Under the pieces are notes generated by a model that saw only the letters and a list, made by a program, of their open reading frames with translations, searched no databases and had not been told where the DNA came from. Below are positions 14,610 to 20,810 of a stretch of 20,810 nt of DNA, piece after piece. A program made the position numbers and the translations under genes. Position 1 is the stretch's first letter. The number at the start of each line of letters is the position of its first letter. Source of the stretch: Longivirga aurantiaca (GTDB taxonomy: Bacteria > Actinomycetota > Actinomycetes > S36-B12 > CAIYMF01); NCBI RefSeq assembly GCF_042660085.1, contig NZ_JBHSTI010000005.1, positions 334 through 21,143 of the forward strand, given 5' to 3'.

Positions 14610-15386
14610 TCAGGCCAGGACGATGTCTCCTCGACCGTGCGCTTCCTGCAGCATGGGCACGAGCACGTCCGGATCCGCGAACAGCCGCTCCACCTGCTTC
14701 GGGTCGCGGCGCCAGAGCTCCGCCACGAAGCGCGAGACGCCATCCGGGAAGATGTCCTCCTCGCCAGCGTCGATGCCGTCGAGGATGCCTTCCGCCACCC
14801 CTCGTGCCGACGACTTCAGGGTGTCGAACTCGCGGATCATGTCCGTGTCGACACCGCCAGGGTAGGCACCGCTGATGCGAATGCCGAGAAGCTTCAGCGC
14901 GGGGCGCATCGATTGGGTGAGGGACTGCAGCGCCGCCTTGGAAGCGGAATACCCGTCCCATCCGTTGGAGCCCGAGAACGCCTGCAGGGACATGACGTTC
15001 ACGACGACTCCGCCGCCGTTCGACTCCAGGACGGGTGTGAAGGCTCGGATCACATCCAGCGTGCCGAACGTATTCGTCATGACCATCGACACCATGGTCG
15101 CTCGATCGCTAAGCAGAGCGGATCCAGTGCTGAGTGTCGCGGCGTTGTTGATCAGCAGAGTTACGTCCGTGGCGACGCTGGCAGCCTCGACGATCGAGGT
15201 CGCGTCCTGGAGGTCGAGGTGAAGTGCCACGACCTTCTCCGGGTAGTCACTCACCAGTGGCTCCAACGCGGCGAGGCTGCGTCCGGTGGCGTAGACGCGG
15301 CGCGCGCCTCGCCGGACAAGCTCGGAGACGAGTTCCCGGCCGACTCCTCGATTCGCGCCTGTGACGAGTGCCGTCTGGCCGGTCAT
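14610..15386 (-). CDS. Short-chain dehydrogenase/reductase (SDR)
   Basis: TALVTGANRGVGRE (TGxxxGxG), NNAA, and YSASKAAL (YxxxK). ATG 15386 is preceded by GGAGGGAG. Confidence 0.88.
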   Translation of the reverse strand: MTGQTALVTGANRGVGRELVSELVRRGARRVYATGRSLAALEPLVSDYPEKVVALHLDLQDATSIVEAASVATDVTLLINNAATLSTGSALLSDRATMVSMVMTNTFGTLDVIRAFTPVLESNGGGVVVNVMSLQAFSGSNGWDGYSASKAALQSLTQSMRPALKLLGIRISGAYPGGVDTDMIREFDTLKSSARGVAEGILDGIDAGEEDIFPDGVSRFVAELWRRDPKQVERLFADPDVLVPMLQEAHGRGDIVLA

Positions 15387-15616
15387 GCCGCTCCCTCCAC
15401 GTGGGAGCCGGAGACTACCGGGCGCCCGACAGACCTGCAATGGCTTGAACGGTATCGGTTTTGGAGACTTCAGCTACCGCATCGAAACGGTCTCGATTCG
15501 CCTGAGTCTTTCGAGCGCCCGGTTGACGGGGTGTGTGACGGCCACTACATTCCGGCGCGGTGGGACCCGAGGTCCTGCTTCGCGCACGTCCTGCTCACCG
15601 ACCCTTTGGAGTGTCG

Positions 15617-16942
15617 ATGTTCGTTCCTGGCAAGCACCTGGCGACGGGAGTGATGGTGGCTTCGGCAGCCCTCCTTCTCACGGCGTGTGGCAGCAAGTCC
15701 GATGACACCGGCTCGTCAACGAGTGCGGCGCCCGCCGACTCGACATCGGCCTCGGCCTCCGCCACCGGCGGCATCGACCAGGCCATGATCGATCTCGGCG
15801 TGAAGTACACCGGCGGAACCGCTGGCGCTGCGGACACGTCTCTGTCGCCCGTGAAGATCGGCTTCGTCAACCAGCAGGGCGGCACGCCAGCCTTCCCCGA
15901 GTACGAGGCTGCGACAGAGGCGGCGGTGCAGTTCGCCAACGAGAAGCTCGGCGGCGTCGCGGGGCACCCGATCGAGCTGGTCAAGTGCGTGCTGCAGACG
16001 GAGGAGGACGGTCAGAAGTGCGGCGCCCAGCTGCTCGCCGATCCCGAGGTCAAGATCGCGATCCTCGGCACGTCGGTCGTCGGCAATGCGACCTTCTACA
16101 AGACGGTCAACGGGAAGTTCCCTGTCCTGGTCTCGGCAGCCGGCGGCGTAGCCGACAGCACCACGCCGCACGTGTACGAGCTCGACGGGGGTAGCGCCGC
16201 GATCCTTCAGGCGTTCGCGGCCACGGCCAAGGCCAAGGGTGCGAAGACCGCCGCGATCGTGTCGACGGGCAACGCCGGCGGGAAGTACGTCGCGGGCCAG
16301 GTGCTCGACCCGGGCATGAAGGCAGCGGGCATCACGCCCAAGGTCGCCTATGTGTCCGACACTGCAACCGCGCCCGAGTACACCTCTGCCATGCAGGCGG
16401 CCGGCGCAGCCAGCTCGGACGTCGTGGTCCTCATCGCCTCCGGTGCGGACATGTGCGTGAACTTCTACAACGCGCTCGCCGAGGTGGGTTCGACGGCACC
16501 GGTCCTGACGGCCTACGGCTGCTACGGAGACCCGGTCCCCGACGCAACGGGCGGTGGCCCAGTGGGCTGGACGTTCTTCGGCCTCAACGAGAACCAGCGC
16601 GCGGCCACGTCGCCTGAGGCGAGCCTCTACCGCGCGGTGATGCAGGAGACCGGGAAGGGCGAGTTCACCAACGTCGCCGCCGCTCCGATGGCGTTCGCCG
16701 ATGTCTTCGCGATCGCGCAGATGGCGAACAAGCTCGGCGTCGACGGTCTGAGCGGATCCGCGTACGAGGCTGCGATCAAGGAGCTCACCGCACCGCTGTT
16801 CCTGGTGCCTGGAAACATCAAGTGCGGCAGCTACCCCGACCCGGCACAGCTCGGTCTGTGCGGTGACTCTGCAGCGGTGTCGATCTACAACGGCTCCGAG
16901 TGGGAGATCTCCGAACCGTTCAAGGCAGTCACCCTGAAGTAG
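15617..16942 (+). CDS. ABC transporter substrate-binding lipoprotein, Leu/Ile/Val-binding (Peripla_BP_6) family
   Basis: Signal peptide with lipobox (AALLLTAC). KIGFVNQQGG..PEYEAATEAAVQFAN is typical of LivK-like binding proteins. ATG 15617 is preceded by GGAG. Confidence 0.88.
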   Translation: MFVPGKHLATGVMVASAALLLTACGSKSDDTGSSTSAAPADSTSASASATGGIDQAMIDLGVKYTGGTAGAADTSLSPVKIGFVNQQGGTPAFPEYEAATEAAVQFANEKLGGVAGHPIELVKCVLQTEEDGQKCGAQLLADPEVKIAILGTSVVGNATFYKTVNGKFPVLVSAAGGVADSTTPHVYELDGGSAAILQAFAATAKAKGAKTAAIVSTGNAGGKYVAGQVLDPGMKAAGITPKVAYVSDTATAPEYTSAMQAAGAASSDVVVLIASGADMCVNFYNALAEVGSTAPVLTAYGCYGDPVPDATGGGPVGWTFFGLNENQRAATSPEASLYRAVMQETGKGEFTNVAAAPMAFADVFAIAQMANKLGVDGLSGSAYEAAIKELTAPLFLVPGNIKCGSYPDPAQLGLCGDSAAVSIYNGSEWEISEPFKAVTLK

Positions 16943-16998
16943 TCCGGCAGGCTCGCAACGGCTGCACGTCGACCGCCACGTCGAAGGGCATCACGACC

Positions 16999-19140
16999 AT
17001 GAACATGGAATCGACCGTCCCCAGCGCCCAGCGCCGAGGTCCGCGGTTCATCGGTCGGCCTCTCGGCGTGGCGGTCGCGGTCGTTGCAGTGCTCGCACTG
17101 CTGCTGGCATCGGGCCAGGGCACCATCCAGAGCGCCCTGCTGGGGGCCGGGAGCGGAGCACTGATCGGCGCACTGGCTCTGGGGGTCGTGGTCGTCTATC
17201 GCGGTTCCGGCGTCATCAATGTCGCGAGCGGTGCGATGGCGATGTACGCGGCCTACGTGTTCAACTCGCTGAACGCCAAGGGCGAGTTGCTCATCGTCGC
17301 CTGGCGTGTCGACCTCGGTGACCCGTGGCCGTTCGTCCCCTCGATGCTGGGCGCGATGGTCGTAGCCGCACTCATGAGCGCCGTCTACTACTTCGCCGTG
17401 TTCGGTCCGCTCCGATCGGCCTCCCCGGTGTCCAAGCTGGTGGCCTCGGTGGGACTGCTCCTCACCATCCAGGCGATCGTGGTCCTGGCCTATGGCGCGC
17501 GGCCTATCCCGGTCAAGGCTACTTTCCCGAAGACGCCGATCAGGCTTCCGGGTGGGCTCTTCATCTCGACCGCGCAGCTGACGCTCGTAATCGCCGTGGT
17601 CCTCGTGGGAACGGCGCTCTGGGCGGTGTACCGATTCAGCCTGTTCGGCCTTCTGACGCGGGCGTCAGCGGAAGACGGCCGGCACCTGATGCTGATCGGT
17701 CGCTCACCGCTCGTGGTGGGCGTGGGGAACTGGCTCTTCGCGGGAGTGGTCATCGCACTGATGTCGGTCCTCTCCACACCCATCGCAGGCACGGTGAACC
17801 CCACGACCTCCACCTTGCTCGTCGTCCCGGCGTTGGCGGCCGCCGTACTCGGTCGGTTTGTCTCGTTCGCGTGGGCCGTCGGCGGCGGCCTCGCGATCGG
17901 CATGCTCCAGGCGATGGCGCAGTACTGGACCGCCCAGCCCTGGTTCCCTCAGGCTGACAACCTGCCTCTCCCGGGCCTCGCCGAGAGCGTTCCCCTCATC
18001 GTCATCGTCGTCGCACTCCTGGTGCAGCGTCGGAGCGTGACGGGTCGCGGATCTCTCGACGGCGCGGGGCTTCCGTTCGCACCCCCGAGCAAGCATGTGA
18101 TGCGGAAGCTGGCGATCGGGCTCGTCGTCGGCATCGCGGCCTTCCTGGTGCTTGACTCCGCCTGGCGACTCGCCACGATCAATACGCTGGTCGGAATCGC
18201 AATCTGCCTGTCGTTCGTGGTGCTGACCGGCTACGTCGGCCAGGTCTCCTTGGCCCAGATGTCGCTCGCCGGCGCCTCAGCCTTCATCTTGGCCAACTTC
18301 GCCACCAAGTTCGGAATCGGATTTCCGCTAGGTCCGATCCTAGGTGCTCTCGGGGCGATGGTCGTCGGACTGCTCGTGGGATACGCAGCGCTGCGGGTGC
18401 GCGGGGTCCAGCTCGCCATCGTCACTCTGGCGTTCGCCGTCGCGATCACGGCCGTCGTCTTCCAGAACGCCGCATGGTCCCGTCAGGGCGCCGGTGCGGA
18501 GGTACCGGCACCCAGCATCTTCGGCTGGGAGTTCGGCCCGGGCTCCGCCGCGCCCTTCGGTGACAGCGAGCTCCCCAACCCCGTCTTCGGCATGTTCGTC
18601 CTCGTCACGGTGCTGCTCCTCTGCTGGATGACCTACTCGATCCGGGACTCAGCCTGGGGACGTCGGATGCTTGCGGTTCGCATCAACGAACGCGCAGCCG
18701 CCGCGGCAGGTGTGTCCGTCCGCAACACCAAGCTCATCGCTTTCGCGGCCTCGGGATTCATCGCCGGCATCGGTGGGGCACTCTCCGCCTACCGGTTCGG
18801 TGTCGTCACGCCCGAGTACTTCGGCGTCTTCGCGTCCCTCTCCTTCCTGGCGTTCGCCTACATGGGTGGGATCTCGAGCGTCGGGGGCGCGGTCATCGGA
18901 GGATTCCTGGTGACCAACGGTCTCGTGTTCACCGCTCTCGAGCAGTGGCTCGGGCTCTCCCCGAACTTCACGCTTCTCGTCGGCGGTCTCGGTCTCGTCC
19001 TCACGGTGGTCATGAACCCGGACGGCATCGCCGGCACGGCGGGCGCCCAGATCAAGGGCCTGCTGGGGCGGCGTGGGAAGGCGGGCGGACCCCCATCGAA
19101 CGTGGTGACCGCCGACGTCGTGACGGGGGCCGCGTCATGA
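16999..19140 (+). CDS. Fused branched-chain-amino-acid-type ABC permease (LivH-like N-half plus LivM-like C-half)
   Basis: About 713 aa and highly hydrophobic. The first half has YRGSGVINVASGAMAMYAAY. The second half has LTGYVGQVSLAQMSLAGASAF and RINERAAAAAGV. Confidence 0.88.
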   Translation: MNMESTVPSAQRRGPRFIGRPLGVAVAVVAVLALLLASGQGTIQSALLGAGSGALIGALALGVVVVYRGSGVINVASGAMAMYAAYVFNSLNAKGELLIVAWRVDLGDPWPFVPSMLGAMVVAALMSAVYYFAVFGPLRSASPVSKLVASVGLLLTIQAIVVLAYGARPIPVKATFPKTPIRLPGGLFISTAQLTLVIAVVLVGTALWAVYRFSLFGLLTRASAEDGRHLMLIGRSPLVVGVGNWLFAGVVIALMSVLSTPIAGTVNPTTSTLLVVPALAAAVLGRFVSFAWAVGGGLAIGMLQAMAQYWTAQPWFPQADNLPLPGLAESVPLIVIVVALLVQRRSVTGRGSLDGAGLPFAPPSKHVMRKLAIGLVVGIAAFLVLDSAWRLATINTLVGIAICLSFVVLTGYVGQVSLAQMSLAGASAFILANFATKFGIGFPLGPILGALGAMVVGLLVGYAALRVRGVQLAIVTLAFAVAITAVVFQNAAWSRQGAGAEVPAPSIFGWEFGPGSAAPFGDSELPNPVFGMFVLVTVLLLCWMTYSIRDSAWGRRMLAVRINERAAAAAGVSVRNTKLIAFAASGFIAGIGGALSAYRFGVVTPEYFGVFASLSFLAFAYMGGISSVGGAVIGGFLVTNGLVFTALEQWLGLSPNFTLLVGGLGLVLTVVMNPDGIAGTAGAQIKGLLGRRGKAGGPPSNVVTADVVTGAAS

Positions 19141-19910
19141 CCGCCCTGCTTGAGACTCGCGGACTCACCGTCACATACGGGGGGATCAACGCCAACGACG
19201 ATGTCACCATCAGCGTGGAACCGGGCACGATCGTCGGACTGATCGGCGCCAACGGCGCGGGGAAGACGACCTTCATTGACGCCATCACCGGCTTCGCCCG
19301 GGTGTCGTCCGGAAGGGTGACGTTCGCCGGCGAGGACGTGACCGGACTGCAGCCGCACCCTCGGTCGCGCCGTGGGCTTGTGCGCACCTTCCAGTCGCTG
19401 GAGCTGTTCGAGGACCTGACGGTGTGGGACAACCTGCTCGTGGCGTGCGACACCACTCGCTGGTGGACACTGCTCCCCGACCTGCTACGCCGTTCCCAGG
19501 GCGACAAGGTCGCCTCCCAGGCGCGCTGGGCGCTGGCCACCGCAGGAATCGAGCACCTTGCGGACAGGCTTCCGCAGGAGCTGTCGCACGGTCAGCGCAA
19601 GCTGGTGGGTGTGGCTCGGGCGCTCGCGGCCCGACCGCAACTGCTGTTGCTCGACGAACCCGCCGCGGGCCTGGACGCGGTCGAGTCGGCCGAGCTCAGC
19701 ACCCGACTCCGCGGGCTCGTCGAGGAGGGCGTGACGATGTTCCTCATCGACCACGACATGGGTCTCATGATGACCGTCTGCGACTACGTCTACGTGCTCG
19801 ACTTCGGTCGCATCATCGCGCACGGCACTCCCGCCGAGGTTCGAAACGACCCTCGAGTGATCGCCGCCTACCTGGGTTCAAGTCATGGCCCGACCGAGGG
19901 GGAAGCATGA
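19137..19910 (+). CDS. ABC transporter ATP-binding protein (LivG-like)
   Basis: Walker A GANGAGKTT, signature LSHGQRK, Walker B LLLLDEPAAG. The ATG overlaps the permease stop (ATGA). Confidence 0.9.
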   Translation: MTALLETRGLTVTYGGINANDDVTISVEPGTIVGLIGANGAGKTTFIDAITGFARVSSGRVTFAGEDVTGLQPHPRSRRGLVRTFQSLELFEDLTVWDNLLVACDTTRWWTLLPDLLRRSQGDKVASQARWALATAGIEHLADRLPQELSHGQRKLVGVARALAARPQLLLLDEPAAGLDAVESAELSTRLRGLVEEGVTMFLIDHDMGLMMTVCDYVYVLDFGRIIAHGTPAEVRNDPRVIAAYLGSSHGPTEGEA

Positions 19911-20638
19911 TCACGCTCGAGGGCGTGGCTGCCGGCTACGCAGGGTCGGCAGTCGTGCGCGACCTGTCCCTCGAGGTGAGGGCGGGCGAGGTCGTCGGGC
20001 TCCTCGGACCGAACGGGGCCGGGAAGACCACGACGCTCCTGACCATCTCGGGCATCCTCCGGCCGTTGGCCGGCACAGTGACCGTGCTCGGGCAGCAGCC
20101 ACAGACTCGGTTCCCTCACCGACTCGCCAGGCAGGGCGTGGCCCACGTGACCGAGTCGCGCAACCTCTTCTACGAGCTCACCGTGGACGAGAATCTGCGC
20201 ATTGCTCTGCGAGGCTCGAAGGCTGACAAGCAGGCACGGCGTGACGAGGTGGACGAGTTGTTCCCCGCCCTGCGTCCGCTGCGCAAGCGCAAGGCAGGGC
20301 TGCTGTCCGGTGGCGAGCAGCAGATGCTCGCCATGGCACGGGCGCTGGCGTCCAAGCCACAAGTCCTGCTCCTGGACGAGATGAGCCTCGGTCTCGCACC
20401 GATCATCGTGGAGCGACTTCTGGCCACCGTGCGCGAGCTCGCCGACCGAACAGGCTGCGCAGTGCTGCTGGTGGAGCAGCACGTGCCGCTGGCGCTCGAG
20501 GTCGTCGACCGCGCATACGTGCTCGCGCACGGCAACGTCGTTCTGTCAGGTACCGCCGAAGAGCTGCGCGGCAACGCCCAGGTGCTCGAGTCGAGCTACC
20601 TGGGTGACTCGGTGCTCGCCGATGAGCCGGGGCCCTGA
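19907..20638 (+). CDS. ABC transporter ATP-binding protein (LivF-like)
   Basis: Walker A GPNGAGKTT, signature LSGGEQQ, Walker B VLLLDEMSLGL. The ATG overlaps the previous stop (ATGA). Confidence 0.9.
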   Translation: MITLEGVAAGYAGSAVVRDLSLEVRAGEVVGLLGPNGAGKTTTLLTISGILRPLAGTVTVLGQQPQTRFPHRLARQGVAHVTESRNLFYELTVDENLRIALRGSKADKQARRDEVDELFPALRPLRKRKAGLLSGGEQQMLAMARALASKPQVLLLDEMSLGLAPIIVERLLATVRELADRTGCAVLLVEQHVPLALEVVDRAYVLAHGNVVLSGTAEELRGNAQVLESSYLGDSVLADEPGP

Positions 20639-20643
20639 TCGAC

Positions 20644-20810
20644 ATGGCCGTCACCCGTGCCACAGCGCGCAACGCGACCGACCCGGCCGGCCGCCGCGGG
20701 CGGACGAACTCCGCCGGATCCGAGGGGGAGTCCGCCAAGGAGCTGCGTACGCGCAAGGCGATCGCGCGGGCGTGCCGTGAGGGGTCGCGGCTGTTCGCGG
20801 AGAAGGGTTA
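20644..20810 (+). CDS. Probable TetR-family regulator, N-terminal part (3' end outside window)
   Basis: Open frame from ATG 20644 to the window edge. TRKAIARACREGSRLFAEKG resembles the start of a TetR HTH domain. It is absent from the ORF track because no stop falls inside the window. Confidence 0.55.
   Translation, partial: MAVTRATARNATDPAGRRGRTNSAGSEGESAKELRTRKAIARACREGSRLFAEKG

Noticed and set aside
13376-14743. 455-aa ORF on the minus strand opposite fgd
   Set aside because: It is antisense to a confidently identified gene and its composition is Arg/Ala/Gly/Val-rich with no motifs. This is the typical shadow ORF of high-GC DNA.

Overview
This is a high-GC, actinobacterial-type chromosomal segment with three parts. 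The left flank (1-5807) holds ordinary metabolic genes: the 3' part of a glutamine-synthetase-family gene, a PuuD-like class-I amidotransferase/hydrolase, a small coupled two-gene operon of unknown function on the minus strand, and a translationally coupled TetR / amidohydrolase-2 / acyl-CoA synthetase operon with a perfect 14-bp palindrome upstream. The centre (about 5.8-12.2 kb) is an accessory mosaic of mobile-element debris. It contains a truncated IS1380-type transposase and about 390 bp of decayed non-coding DNA. A 3' fragment of tRNA-Gly(CCC) lies on the minus strand. A lower-GC cargo follows, with two divergent genes (a 324-aa protein with tandem winged-helix-like segments and a 3-TM protein I recall as DUF6338-like) and three tandem mini-ORFs sharing a G-x-VP-x-x-PPPPK core. 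Next come a 3' fragment of tRNA-Thr(CGT) on the plus strand, a tyrosine integrase whose ORF reads through that fragment, an excisionase, a dense array of 11-bp iterons (GACTCCGTCAC, at least 10 copies, partly in 12-bp phase), and an unknown 120-aa gene. The right flank (12.2-20.8 kb) is core again: transaldolase, F420-dependent glucose-6-phosphate dehydrogenase, an SDR, a Liv-type ABC importer (lipoprotein binding protein, fused permease, two ATPases) and the start of another TetR gene. No rRNA, complete tRNA or CRISPR array is visible. The best candidate for an undescribed system is the integrase-linked cargo at 6686-8991; the iteron array is a second unexplained structure. All functional calls come from reading motifs by eye, and no database search was possible.
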